The notes below the pieces were generated by a model. It was given only the letters and a program-made list of their open reading frames with translations, did no database searches and had not been told where the DNA came from. Source: Tubulanus polymorphus (lineage: Eukaryota; Animalia; Nemertea). Taken from it: DNA of 64,000 nt. Positions within the stretch are counted from its first letter, which is position 1; the number at the start of each line of letters is the position of its first letter. A program made the position numbers and the translations under genes. The stretch lies in the NCBI RefSeq assembly GCF_964204645.1, contig NC_134030.1, positions 13,572,656 to 13,636,655 on the forward strand, given 5' to 3'. This document shows positions 1-13,455 of the stretch, one piece after another.

Positions 1-351
1 AATGAGATGATTTGGATATTATCGGAGCAATCCTCTTTTTGGTTGAATGGTCTAACCCCAGTATAGTCCCCGTGATTTGGAAATTCTCGGAGCCCTCCTT
101 TATTTACTTACTAAATGACGTCACAAACTGTTATTTCGCCGGTGCTTGTTGTCTAACAATTCAATTCAATTCTTTATTTACAGTAACCTAATAAGTAATT
201 TTAGGTTTCAAAAAGGATGGAAAGTACATTCAGACAATCTGTTGGTTCAGAGAGACCGTTATTACAGTATCAATTTATACATTTCGTTTCGAAGCTGTCA
301 GTTGCCGAATCTGAATGAAGATGAATTTTATTTGACGAAATCGGCGGAAAA

Positions 352-417
352 TATATAATAATAATAATCAACAGAATTTCAAGAGGGTTTTCGACGAAAG
401 TCAGAAAACCCTAATAA
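352..417 (-). mobile_element. 5' end of non-autonomous Helentron-like element (HINE family B): hairpin plus (ATT)n
   Basis: AGGGTTTTCG...CAGAAAACCCTAATAAT hairpin beside (AAT)n; the same cassette recurs at 8106-8137 and 61594-61830. Confidence 0.55.
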
Positions 418-753
418 TTCACATTTTTCTCCATCCAGAATCTATTATTTCATTATTCATCATGGAAAGCACGAAGATTTGAAATAGATGTTTGAAAACC
501 ATCAAAAATAAAAATTGTCGTTTCGTCTTGGGAGTTTTATATAATTCCTTGTAGGGCACCTTGTCCATCATGCCACATGTATGCAATACACAGAAATGGC
601 GGCCAATCATGGCGAAATTTGTGGAGAAATTAATTAATTTCTCAAAATAATGTTGATTAATCATTCGAAACATACATAGAATTGGATTATTTCGAAAGGC
701 ACCTGTGTTAATGTCTATTTCAACCTGACTTGAGAGCATTCCGGGTGGCCTAG
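410..753. repeat. dispersed repeat, near-identical copy at about 2688-3033
   Basis: Direct sequence match; ORFs 419..793 and 2697..3158 share the same translation. Confidence 0.9.
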
Positions 754-784
754 CTTCACCAAGTTTCAACTTTGACATATTATT

Positions 785-840
785 TTTTAACAATTTTTTT
801 ATGTGTTGTATATGTTGGTTGTTCTAACATAAATTCATTT
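785..840 (-). pseudogene. Polinton integrase fragment
   Basis: Minus strand reads LNEFMLEQPTYTTHKKIVKK, aligning with LKSWLQNQPTYQIHKKMDKK of the integrase at 31394-32073. Confidence 0.6.
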
Positions 841-1551
841 AAAAGCGCACAGCTAGCGCCGAAGTTAATCTCGCGTATGAGGCAAATTCAAATTTTCTGT
901 ATTTCTCCATACGGTCCTTCTCAAAAAATGTAGTTTACATCCGGGACACATGGGCATTGGCTAAATCGCGGCAACGAAAATGACGGTCACGGACGGACTT
1001 TCACCGAAACTTCCTGGCCGCGTCGCGCGGGTAGTTTAAATACGTGAATGAAGGATAATCAAAATGATTTTGTGTAATTTGTAGAATATTTACAAAGAAT
1101 ATTCACAAAATATTGTCAAAAATGTTATTTTCAGTTCGTATTTCTCCATAGAAACCGATTGGAAGACTGGATTCGAATCCCACAAAAAGCCACAGTCCCT
1201 AGCAACGGGTCGAATTTTTTAGAATAACAAGCGCGCCGGTTTCACAGCTTCACTAAGGGTAGAGTCCCGGAGAATAAGGTGCGCGCGCGGTCTGCGTGTT
1301 ACAAAATGACCGTCCCGCCCTAATCAACTCTCCCAAAGCATGTTTTTTTCGCAAAAAGGAATTCGAATGTATTTGATCACGGCGAATCTTCGCTCGAATA
1401 GATCTTCGACATCTTGGGTGATTTTCTTTGGCCACGGCACACCGAACACGTGCACCCGCAAAACCTATGTTTTTACAACGTAGAATTCTATATAAATTGC
1501 CGAAAGGCCACTCGCCTTTACTTAATTCATTAAAACTCTGGCTGCGCGCTT
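841..1551. mobile_element. non-autonomous TIR DNA transposon (Kolobok-like)
   Basis: TTAA at the left end; AAGCGCACAGCTAG versus reverse complement AAGCGCGCAGCCAG at the right end (12/14); right TTAA missing. Confidence 0.45.
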
Positions 1552-1603
1552 CACCAAGTTTCGACTTTGACATATTATCTTTATGTTTAACTAAATTTTG
1601 TGG

Positions 1604-1738
1604 GATTATCTTATCTAATTTATCTTGTTTTACTTGACGCCATATATGTTTGGTAGAAGAATAAGCAACCGAACTCTCAGGGTTATAACATAAATTTAAA
1701 TAATTTTCTTTAGTATTTCGAGTTTTTTCATCCCCCAT
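1604..1738 (-). pseudogene. Polinton integrase N-terminal fragment
   Basis: ENYLNLCYNPESSVAYSSTKHIWRQVKQDK aligns with EQYLRDLYYNPESEVSYSSVSELWDKIKSDK; start context TAAATG. Confidence 0.7.
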
Positions 1739-2484
1739 TTATAGACGGATGCCGGGCGCCGCAGGACGTCCCTTTGGTAAACGCGTAGCCTATATGTGGA
1801 TACTACGAAGTGTCTTTTTAACCGAATCTGACTTACTGACAAAGTCAGAATAAAATGACGTCAGAGTACGTCCGGTTTGACGTTCATGGGGAACTCGGAA
1901 GTAGAATTACGTCACGCTAAAATCCGGCAGCCCATTAACTAAAATAAGGAAACTTATGGGTCGGGTTATTTCAGAATTTATTTATTAAATTTCGAACAAG
2001 ATTGGGTCGATGAATAGTTTAACAATGAACCGCGTTGATCGAACGTGTTCGAAAAGCTGAAATTCCCTGAGCAACGGGAGCGAATTCATAATAAACAAAC
2101 CACGCGCCGGGCCCTGGTTCGGCAGCCATCGCAGGTTCGAATCCCGGAGAATTACGCTCTCGCGCGCGCGTGCGACAGTCAACCCCAGCCGTAGTCAGTA
2201 ACCTGTCTGTGGTTTAGTTTCACGATCGGATATTTTCACAAACCAGTCAGGAATGGGAAGGTCATTTTTGTATGCAATCTTCGTCAGCCAATTTGACTGA
2301 CGAGTAATTTGCCTGGCATTTCATTGTCCATTAAGGTATACGTCTAATTTTTGTTGTAATCGACGCACAACAGATTCGTAGTTTGTCTGATACCTATAAC
2401 ACCTCACCTGACGATCTTAATCCATGTGCAAATCGGCCGTTAAGTGAGAGTAAATTTCCGTCGAGTCAACAGCTGCCATTTTGA

Positions 2485-2693
2485 AAATTACTGGAGGGTG
2501 CTGGCACCTGTGGAATTTGGCCAGGACAACAGCACAAACTAACGAAGCGAAACGACGAAATTGAAAAAAATTAAGAAATCAACACTAATAAATTACTGGA
2601 GGGTGCTGGCACCTGTGGACTTTGGCCAGGACAACAGCACAAACTAACGAAGCGAAACGACGAAATTGAAAAAATTAAGAAATCAACACTAAT
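2485..2693. repeat. tandem duplication, about 105 bp x2
   Basis: AAATTACTGGAGGGTGCTGGCACC...AACACTAAT present twice head-to-tail. Confidence 0.9.
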
Positions 2694-2985
2694 AATTCAC
2701 ATTTTTCTCCATCCAGAATCTATTATTTCATTATTCATCATGGAAAGCACGAAGATTTGAAATAGATGTTTGAAAACCATCAAAAATAAAAATTGTCGTT
2801 TCGTCTTGGAAGTTTTATATAATTCCTTGTAGGTCACCTTGTCTATCATGCCAAATGTATGCAATACACAGAAATGGCGGCCAATCATGGCGAAATTTGT
2901 GGAGAAATTAATTAATTTCTCAAAATAATGTTGATTAATCATTCGAAACATACATAGAATTGGATTATTTCGAAAGGCACCTGTG

Positions 2986-3480
2986 TTAATGTCTATTTCA
3001 ACCTGACTCGAGAGCATTCCGGGTGGCCTAGCTCGCATATTTGGTAGTACATACCTGATTAAGGTCTTAATAGGACCAGAAAGGACAGGCAGTCGACCTA
3101 AATCATCATTTTTTAATCCATTTGATACTGTGTTGAAGGATATCCAAAAAGTTTTCACTGAAAGGGGTTAAATGAAGAGAAGTGACTCCATGATTTGAAA
3201 GTTTAACAATATGTTTCCATGCCTACGTATCAAATTTCAGTTGGTAGGCATGGAGACATATTGTTAAACTTTCAAATCATGATGTCTCTTTTCTCTCAGG
3301 AACCCCTCTCAATACATATTTTTTCCTTCAATACAGTTTCGAATGGATTAAAAAATGATTATTTAGGTCGACTGTCAATGCATTCTGGTCCTAATAAGAC
3401 TTTTATCAGGTATGTACTACCAAAACTGACTGAGCTAGGCCACCCTGTATGCTCTCAAGTCAGGTTGAAATAGACATTAA
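2986..3480. mobile_element. foldback/MITE-like long inverted repeat, about 495 bp
   Basis: Two arms of about 240 bp are imperfect reverse complements with a loop near 3228-3243; TTAA at both outer ends. Confidence 0.8.
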
Positions 3481-4362
3481 TTTGTGAATTAAGCCATTAC
3501 TTGTGGACTGAAGTGAATAGAAAGTATATTTTTGAAGTGTTACTTTTTTCAACCGTGTTTTGGTCCTTGTCATCCCTAACGTTGGTATAAGCTCATCCGA
3601 TTATAAAAAGCTTACCACCAACGATGATTAGGTAACAAACTACCCCAGCCGCAGCGCTGAAATATGTAATCATTCATCTAATTTATTGGCCCTAAAACTG
3701 CGGTGAGTCGGGTTGTCGTACGGTTTGCTTAAAATTTCACGGCAGCGCGGCGGCCCGCGGATCGGCACGGTCTCGCTCCGAGGAGGAGCAGCGACATCGC
3801 GGTCGACAGAAACATTAGTCTCCGCCCCATCTTTCACCAAATAAGGAACTCGGTACCGCTGGCCACTATTGCTGGCCACTATTACTTTTGAGCCGTAGAT
3901 TCCCGGAACTATACATTCCCGGCGAATAAAAAACAAATAAATATTTTTTCGCGAGAGAAATCAATTTTTGTATTGACATTTGAATTTTCCTGCTGATAAT
4001 TTATTCGATTTTTCTCTGGCAGAAAATAGTTATGCGATCATGCGTTTCAAAGCGTCTTCCATTTTTTCTCTGGTACTGTAATTAAAAAATTCGTAGGAAT
4101 TTTCTCGTCTTCCTTTACTTTTCAAATCGAGCTAATTTCTAAATTAACACCAGGTCAATCTTGCAAAAAACCGTCTCAGTTTTACCAATGTCGGTTTTTA
4201 CATTATGGTTTTACAAAGTGGTTTAAACCATTAAAACATTCCTGATACAATCTAAATCGAAATAGTAATCTTTTGAGCAGATGTGGTAAACCGACCTACC
4301 CCGGGTAGCCAAAGACCAGTTTATCTTCAGAAATGGGTCAAGTTTTTGTGCATCTATATTGA

Positions 4363-4636
4363 ACCCTCACAATCACAGCATCTATTATCCCTCACAATCA
4401 CGGCTTCTATATCACCCTCACTATCACAGCATCTGATTTCACCCTCAAAATCACAGCATCTATATCATCTTATTGCCGATTGTCGAATCTAGAAATGGTC
4501 GACTCAGGTTTCTGGTTGCCGATTGCCGATTGTAGACCCGAAAAATGGTCGACTGCCAGGTTTTTAATTGCCGATTGTCGACCCGAGAAATGGTCGACTA
4601 TCAGGTTTCTGATTGCCGATTGCCGATTGTCGACTT
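4363..4636. repeat. two adjacent minisatellites
   Basis: About 26-bp CCCTCACAATCACAGCATCTAT units, then GCCGATTGTCGA...AATGGTCGACT units. Confidence 0.75.
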
Positions 4637-5531
4637 CTGAAAATTACTTCACGTGACTCTTTCTATCGATCTGCGCGTATTAATACTTTTCTCAGTGAAA
4701 ATGTTGGAACCAACCCGCAGATCTACTTTTACCTGGGTTCTGGAGTTGAGCCATTTTCCTAATCAAATTATAAGCCCAAATTTTTAATAACCAGAAATTA
4801 ATCGAACCTTAAAGAGTTGAGTTTCATCTTTCCCCCGCCACTAAACTATGGCATTAGTTTTCATTTAGTTTAAGTTTAACTATAAGAATTGATTTAATTT
4901 CTTCAATAATCTAATGCTCGGGACACAAATCTACAGAACAATTTCAATATTGATATAAAATTGATAGATTTTAAGAATTAGTAATCTGAGTTTCTTCTTT
5001 CGCGAGTGTCATTGAAAACAATTACGGTGTTCCTATAGTAGGTCTAGTCACTGACCATATCTTGAGTGTTTTTGTTACACTCCATACGTGAACGAGGTTG
5101 TTTTCAAATCGCTGTTGGAAATAGTAATAACTGAATAGGCCTATATATGTGCGTATTATGTTCAATGTATTGTAGATTGTAATATCCTGTAATCCTTATT
5201 ATAAAGCGAACAACCGAACAACCTGTACTGCTGTTCACGCTTGTTTGTTCAATTTACTGTTCAGCTGATTCTGTAACTATAAAAGGGGAAATAGTCAAAA
5301 CTGAGTTAGTTCACTATGAGAAATACGCCTCGTTGTAAGTACTGTCAGAGTGCGCTGTCGTCTCTAAGTTTGGATCGAACCTGGTATAACCGAAAATCGC
5401 TATGATTTCTTAATCTTAAGGCGGGCGGCGTAAGTCGTATGAAAAATTTAAGCTGCAGTGACGAAGCGTCCGTCACTTAGATTTCATCTATTACATTATA
5501 TCGTTAATTTTAACTTTTATCGTTAATATTT

Positions 5532-6779
5532 TTAGTATTGAATACTATGTAATTGAGAATTTATGATATTTAATTGCGCGTCAGATATAAGATAAATGTG
5601 CATTTTGTAATTTAAACTTCCTTTTTTCTTTTTCATGAATAATTGCATTCCATCTTTAGTATTCTGTAATTTTTTCCCAGAACCATGCAATAAGTTATCT
5701 TCAGTTGTTCTAAAATCTAACCATAATGCATATTTATTACCAGTATAATAATCAATTTGATTAATATTACAATTTTCAAATGATTTTACTTTTTCATTCA
5801 TAAAATGTTTTTTAATTTCTGGCCACTGGTGAATCATTCTCATTCCTTGGCAAAATATCTTATTTGCTATGCCTTCAATTGTTATTTCTACTTTTGATAT
5901 TTCCGGATTATAATAATTATCAACATTTATTGCACCATTAGAATATGTTGCAATGGTAAAAAATATTAATACGCCTTTAATAGATCTTCTTGGGTAGTTA
6001 ATATTCTCATTGATTATTTCATCATTTGCATTAATAGTAACAATTTTAAATTTTTCAATATAATCATATAATAATGAAAATCCTTGATGATATTGAGTTT
6101 GAATTATGCTAGAAATATTTTCATCAGTTACTGTGTCATATTCTAAACATATATTCGATAATTTATAACCCATATCATTAACTACACTTGATAAAACAAT
6201 TTCAATAACAGGAGCAAATGTTATTTCAAATAAAATATCTTCTTGTATAACATATTTATATAAAGGTGCATTATTATTTATCAATTCAAAGTCTAATGGA
6301 ATTTTATATTTACTACCATAAACCTTTTTTATTAAATTATCTTCAGCATTAGTTACTATTGCGTTATCAGCGTCTGATCTTTATTTATTTTGATTTAAGG
6401 ATTAAATTCCTTGAAATATCATATTATTTCTATTTTCTTTTGTTAACCATAAATCTTTATAATACATAAATAAATTATCATTTTCTAATGAAAAAACTAT
6501 TTCTGTTCCAATCTTTACAATTAATGTTTTAATCAAATATCTTCCAACATTATCAACAACATAATTATTATCATGACCAGTTACTTTTATATCAGCCGAT
6601 AAATGAATACTATTTGGAACATAAAGAGTATTTTGTGTTAATCGAGGAATTCTAACATACAAAGTTTCATCAGGATTAATATTAGAAGGATTATGAGTAA
6701 TCAAATGATGAGATCTCTCTGCTTTAATGGCATTAGATATTCTAGAATTCTTAGAAGGATTTATATAACTCCCACTCAT
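5532..6779 (-). pseudogene. Polinton major capsid protein pseudogene
   Basis: ORFs 6402..6779 and 5532..6284 are in the same frame, separated by two nonsense codons; highly similar to 25725..27017; retains the native C-terminus SQLHSIQY*. Confidence 0.85.
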
Positions 6780-6796
6780 TTATTTAAAAAAGAAAT

Positions 6797-8002
6797 TTAC
6801 TTAATTATTTTTTATCATATTCACTAATCCAAAAATAATTGCACTTACAACTGTGATTGAAAATAGAATTATATGTTCAGCAGCAAAACTAATAATGTTT
6901 CCAGCAGATTTTAAAATAAAACTAACAATTGATGCAATAATTCCGGGTAAAAATGCAGCAGATTTTTTTAGATAGTTCCCATAAATATTTTGCTAATTTT
7001 TTAAAACCATCTTTAACTTTATCCTGTATAGAATTATTATGACTTGGAGGTTTATCCGGTTTATTGGGAGTAGGCGTAGATTTCAATGAATTTGAAATAG
7101 CTAAACCAATTGTTGTAAATAACATAGTTACAGCTGTTAGAATTGAAAGAATTGTGATACCTTCCAGTTTAAATAATAATTTTATTCCATCTTTTAATGA
7201 TATTTCAGAATTTTGTTTTATCAACAAATCTTAAAAAATAACTTTTAATCTATTAATATCATAATCATATGATTTTAATTATAATTTCATTTCATCTTTC
7301 TGAAATCCTATGTTATATTCTAAATCATTCTAATTTTAATTGTTCTATTTCTTTAGTTTTATCAGTTTTTTCTTTTTTTAAAGTTCTAATTTTAAAATGT
7401 CTTTTACTTTTTTCATGCGCAAATTTATCAGCTTCATTTCTTATACTAATAATTTCCCTAATTGCTTTGTTAGAAAATATATTTAAATCTTCTAATTCTT
7501 GATCTGTTGCATCAATTAATCCTTGTTTTAAAACATCAGTTATTACATTACTATTACTAATTCTTTTAATTCTATCTGGACCTAAATCACTCAAAGTTGA
7601 TTTTGTTAATATTCTATTTTTATTATTTTTATAAGTGATATAAATATTATAATCACCTTTCAAATGATAATACTATTTACCATTATCTAAAAATGTTAAT
7701 TGATCTGCTAAAGGTCCAACGTCTTCATCATTTATGTTCAGTTTAGAATTTTCAATTATTCCTTCTAATTTAGGTATTTTGTTTAAATTATCTAAATCTT
7801 GTATTACTAAATCTGGATCTAAATTTTCAGGATCTAATTGTGATTCTGCATTTTTAATATAATCAGGCATATTTAAATTATTATTATATTCTGGCTCAAT
7901 ACCGTCATTAAAACTTGTTTCACTAAAATCAGGTGGTTGTTCTTCAGTTATACCAGGTTCATCGAAAGTATCCATTCCAATATATTCTCCTTCTACTTCC
8001 AT
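6797..8002 (-). pseudogene. acidic/coiled-coil/TM Polinton protein pseudogene
   Basis: ORF pieces 7673..8002, 7325..7663 and 6922..7227 match 21899..25684. Confidence 0.8.
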
Positions 8003-8137
8003 TTATATATTAAAAAAATTTAAATGTAAAACATAATATTCCTCCTATTATAATACTTATGCAAGTTATAACTAATTTAGTATTTTCATGGGATTTATTA
8101 TCATTATTAGGGTTTTCTGTTTCTTCACAGAAAACCC

Positions 8138-11100
8138 GAAAGCAAAAAGAGAATCCAAACCATGTATAAGGAGCACCAAGAATTATATTTCATAAAGGAA
8201 TACACTTACATAGTCAAAAAGTACATCAGATAAGAAAAATAAACAAATACGCTAAATGTAAACTTATGTAGATACCTCATGCTCAGGAAAATACAAGTAT
8301 TCGAGAAAAATATACATGTATGTTATAAGTAAAGGGCAAAATCGTGATATACCCAAATGATAATAACCGGATACAATGCAATACAATAAAATTACAATAC
8401 TTAGGTATTGTGAACATCTACTTAGGTCAATGCAATAGATAATACATGATAAGACAAGATGAACCGAAAATAAGTAGATATCTGATATGATAAGCATATT
8501 ATGATATAATATTAATAATATGATTGAATGAATAATAAGGCTCTAGATTGCTGCACATCCCAATCCCAATAATGATATACACCGGTCATGCATATCAAGT
8601 AGAACTACCAGTTTTTGCCACAATATGTATATACATATATTCACTGTATTATGTATTTATGAAATTATATATATATATATATTTTTGTTATTCATTTCAC
8701 ACTCCACATTTCGCGTGAGTTATAGAAATTTAAAAACTACGTCCACAGTTGTCGGCGAGGCACCATCGCCGTAGAATATCGTGCCATTTCTTCGGCGTAG
8801 CGAAATTTGATGGGCAAAGTGTGAACCCGATAATTTTCCCTAAATACTATTCATTATACCTCTTCTTTCTTTTATTTTCGAATAAAATATTAGCCAATAC
8901 GCATGGAACATATATATATCCTTTATGGATAAGTCAACTAACGACTTCATTAAAATACCCAAAAATTTGGAGATACCGTCTACAACAACATTCTCAAGAA
9001 ATGGTTGGACTGGGTGGAAGTTAACTAAATAACGAACACTTTCAGAAAGCTTTCCTACCTAGCATAGATGTGACATGGTAAACAGATTAATCAGCCACTG
9101 TAAACAAGAGTCACTTTTACCATGAACAACACAAAAGTGAGATACCTAACCAAGCCTATCAGAAAAGAATTGAAAGTTAACCAAAATGTTCCGATACCTC
9201 TCCCCCATACTAATAATCAATGTATATTGCTTCTGCAATGAAAACTAAATCATAAAAACAAGGTCTGCAGAACGAAAAGAAAATTTTGTGGTTGACGTCA
9301 GGCCACTAGCACATAATAACCCTGCAGAATCTTATCTCAATATCTAAAAAGAAAAAAAAAACAATTTCGATTTCTTTAAGATATACTATAAATCAGACTG
9401 TAGAAGATCTCTGTTTTCAAAATACTGAGGGAGGGATTAAGTCCAAATGTATCAATATATTGGAATCGTGAATTCGCTGCCTGAAATCTGAAACCGTGAA
9501 AATCAACGACGTTTATAACAAGAACGTTTTCTGCGTTTTCCGTCTAATGAATGCGTACGGAAGTACTCGCGTTTCGCTTCTTCGTTTAAATCATCTTCTG
9601 ATACCCACTGGTGACCGAAACCACCAGCCCATTTAACGTAAAAAGTTTGTTTACCCTGACAATTTTTCATCCGTAAGATTCTATCTATCGCGTAAAATTT
9701 GTCCAGATCATGATTACTAGGCGTACTTGCCCTCTGTTTTGACTAATTGATGAGTCCGTTTATTCGAATTTGTGATAACCCGAGATTTTCGGTCAACTCG
9801 ACCTACGGTTCTATCACTATCCGTTACTCTAGTTTGATGAGTCGCATCGGCCTGATTAGGTTCAGCTGCCAGTTTTAACTGATTCGAAGTATCTTCAACG
9901 TTATGATTGTCATTCCTGCCATAATGAGGCTTCAAGCGAGCCGCTTTGACGGGAGAAGGATGAGACTTGTCATCCAGACATGAACGCAACCTATACGTGA
10001 AATTCTTGCCACCATGAGATATATAGAATGGTCCGATGAATTTGTTAGTAAGCTTACGGGACTTTCCTTTAAGCACCCGTTCATTTTTGAGCCATACTTT
10101 ATCACCTAATTTATAATCGGGATCCTTGGCTTTCTTGTCAAAATTTCTCTTATTCCTATCTTGCATAACAGCCTGCTGCTTGTTTGCAATAAGTTTTACC
10201 GATTCTAGATTTTTCTTGAGACGATTTATATGATCTACTACGGGTAGAGGAAGATTGTCTTTTGGGATCAAAGCTGTATCAATAGGTAGAGGCATTTCTT
10301 TCCCAAAAACAATATGATAGGGCGCAAAACCTGTTGAAGCATTAGGAGCCGCCCGGAGAGCCATAAGGACGCTAGGCAAGACCTCAGGCCAATCAGATTG
10401 GTCTTCCTTGATATGGGTTCGGATTATCTGAGCTAACTCGCGGTTTGTCCTTTCACAGGATGAGTTTGTCTGCGGATGGTAACTAGAAGTCGCAGTTCGT
10501 GTGACCAGAAAGAGTTCGCATACTGACGTAACGAGACTCGACAGAAAATTTCTGCCACGGTCTGAGACTAACGAGCGGGGTGCACCATATCGAGCAAATA
10601 TTTCATTGTAGAGTATTTTTGCCACTTCCGAGGCTTCCTGTGTTTTCAAAGCAAATGCTTCACACCACCTAGAATAGCTATCAACCAACAGTAATATGTG
10701 CTTCTTGCCATTTGGAGCTTCCGTTAATGGACCTAAGAAGTCCATGTGCCACCTTATAAATGTGTCCTCAACAGGCATATTTGTCAAGGTAGGCGGTTTA
10801 GCGTGAGCTTGTAATTTAGCTTCTTGACATTTAACGCAAGAACGAACATATTGCGTAACATCTCTGAACATAAACTGCCAAAAGTATTTTTGACGCATCT
10901 TATGATAGGTTTTTTGAATACCGTTATGGCCTCCTCCTGCTTTGTAATCGTGATACTAAAACTAAGACATCATGTCGTACATCCTTAGGCACTACGAGTA
11001 CTGACACTGGCTCAGAAAATTCTCTATATCTACCGAAACTGCGATATAAGAGGCCGTCATAGATATGAAAGAAATCAGTTTTAGCAATAAGATGCTGAGC

Positions 11101-13455
11101 TTCTGCCTTATTCGAGGGAAGATCCCCTAACTCTAAATACTTAATCATTGGTAGACACTCATTACATGACCGCTGTAGAGAATAGAAATCTACAGTGTCC
11201 AAAACATTGACGCTTTCACTATCACAAGAAACCGGCATTTCAGACGCATAAGTGAATTCCCACTTCCTCCCAGGTTTCCAAAGGAGAAGTTACTGCTACA
11301 TCTGTAGGAGAGGGATGTTCGTCATGATCCTCGTCATCCACTATCTCCGGGTATTCTCTACGAGATACTACATCTGCATTTACATTCTTTTTACCAGGTC
11401 TTTGTATGATTTTAAATTCATAAGATTGTAACTAGGTAGCCCAACGCGCCACACGAGTATTAAAATCTTTAGCCTTATTTATGTGTGTCAATGACATGTG
11501 ATCTGTAAAAAGAGTAAAAGGTTTACTTGAAAGATATACACGGTACGTATCAATGCCTACGACGATTGCTAAGCCTTCTTTGTCCCTAGTATCCCAGCGA
11601 CGCTGTGAAGCAGACAGAGCTCTGCCCCCATACGCAACAACCTGTTCGAGGCCATTCGCATCAACCTGACCCAGAATATAACGATTGCCGTGTCGGAAGC
11701 ATCAGTGCAGAGAAAGTATTCCTTCTTCGGATCAGGGTAAGCTAATAAAGGAGGTGTCACTAAATGATTTTTGAATTTCTCAAATGCTGCCTGATGATCA
11801 GCAGTCCAAATAAATTTAATGTCTTTTTCCAAAAGTGAAGTAAGTTTGGTTGCAATCGATGAATAACCTTTGACAAACCGTCTATAGAAGTAAAAAGCCC
11901 TAGGAAAGACCGAAGTTCTTTTCTATTCTTTGGTACCGGAAATGAATTAATCACCTCACATTTAGCAGGATCTGCCTCAACTCCTTTATCCGAAAAAAGG
12001 AATCCTAAATAATGAACCTTATTCTGAGCAAACTTGCACTTAGATGGCTTCAAAGTCAAATTAGCTACCCTAAGTCGGTCAAAAACTAACCTCAAATGTT
12101 GCAAGTGTTCATCGAACGATCTTGAATATATCAGAATATCATCGATATATACTAAACAGAATGACCAGTGAAACCCACGCAAAACTTCATTCATCGTCAT
12201 CTGAAATGTTGCCGGGCTATTTCTTAGACCGAAGGGCAACCGCTTAAACATGTAACTTCCAGTTTGCGTGACAAACGTGGTTTTATGCATTGTTTCTGGA
12301 TCGAGTTTAATCCGCCAAAATCCGGAAGTCATATCAAGTGTAGTTAAGAAGCATGCATGAGATTCACCAATGGAATCGATTACATCAAGTAACATTGGAA
12401 GCGGATATGAAATAGTTTTTGTGATACGATTCAAGGACCTATAATCAACCGCAAAACGATATTCACCGTTCTTTTTCTTAACCATAACTACCGGAGACTG
12501 AAAAGGCGAGTTAGATGGGGCAATTATATCTGCCTGCAACATGTCATTTATTTGTTTCTCTTCCTCCTTCCCAATTTCAGGAGACTTGCGATACGGAGCT
12601 TGGGCCAAGGAGGGTTATCTCCGGTATCAATTTTATGTTGGCCTATCGTAGTACGACCTAATTCCTGAAGATTGACAGAAAATCTATCAAGATATTCCTC
12701 TAATAGATCAAGCAACCCACGTTTCTGTTCCTTGTTTAATTTAGTATCCGATAAGTCGAAATCTATAGGCTCTATCGGTGTTTTTTCACTCTCAGGAGCG
12801 AATTTTACAAAATCACTTGTATCATACGGAGGTAAATCAGCCGACGAAACTAATTTGTCCAGTGGCTTGTCCAAAGGAGTAATTGGCACTGATTCATCAA
12901 GTTTTGATATAGACGCTATTGAGGACCCTTTCTTAACAGTAATTGGTTTGTTTGTCGGATTAATTAGCCTCATGCGGGATAAACCTTTACCTACCTTTAC
13001 CAAGCATCTAGCTCCTGTAAAATTAAGATTAACCAACTCTGGCAATGGAGTAAGGAGCACTTCTGAACCATTCAGGTATTTCGGTAAGGAAACTGCAATA
13101 TCTGCTTCCGATTTTGGTCCTAGCCTAACAGATGTGATTGTTTTAGCAACAGGGCCTTGCAATGTTATCGGCAATATATGATGTGAACCACTTTCTGCAC
13201 TTTCCAATACGAAGCACTTATTCTTAAAATCCAAACTACCACCCATTTCTGTCATAAAATCTAAGCCGATAATCAAATTATGGTGTAACTTCTCAAATAC
13301 GTGAAACTTGAATTTGTAAGGATTATCAACTCCAGGGAAGAGCACAGACAATTCAAGGGTACCTGCTACTGGAATATTGCTACCACTCACGCCGACACCA
13401 GGGCTCTAATTTACACTCCGCACACCTAGTTTTATTAAGAAATGACCGAGATACA
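8138..13455 (-). mobile_element. Ty3/Gypsy retrotransposon, 3' part (end of PR, RT, RH, IN, chromo-like tail, 3' UTR); no 3' LTR found
   Basis: Domain order PR-RT-RH-IN; continues at 34424 once the Polinton is removed. Confidence 0.9.
9503..13449 (-). pseudogene. pol: Gypsy pol, multiply frameshifted
   Basis: RT RLPFGL and YIDD; RNase H TDAS; integrase WHMDFLGP, SDRGRNF, ERTN and GPF (GPY/F) module; out-of-frame chromodomain-like tail. Confidence 0.92.

Larger units (their letters stand above)
5532..8108 (-). mobile_element. internal fragment of a second, diverged Polinton copy
   Basis: Colinear homolog of about 21800-26960 (end of TM protein, coiled-coil gene, MCP) in opposite orientation; no TIRs. 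Confidence 0.9.

Noticed and set aside
4900-5495. Possible LTR remnant (TATAAAA near 5278, ending ATTACA)
   Set aside because: No partner LTR, PBS, PPT or TSD identifiable
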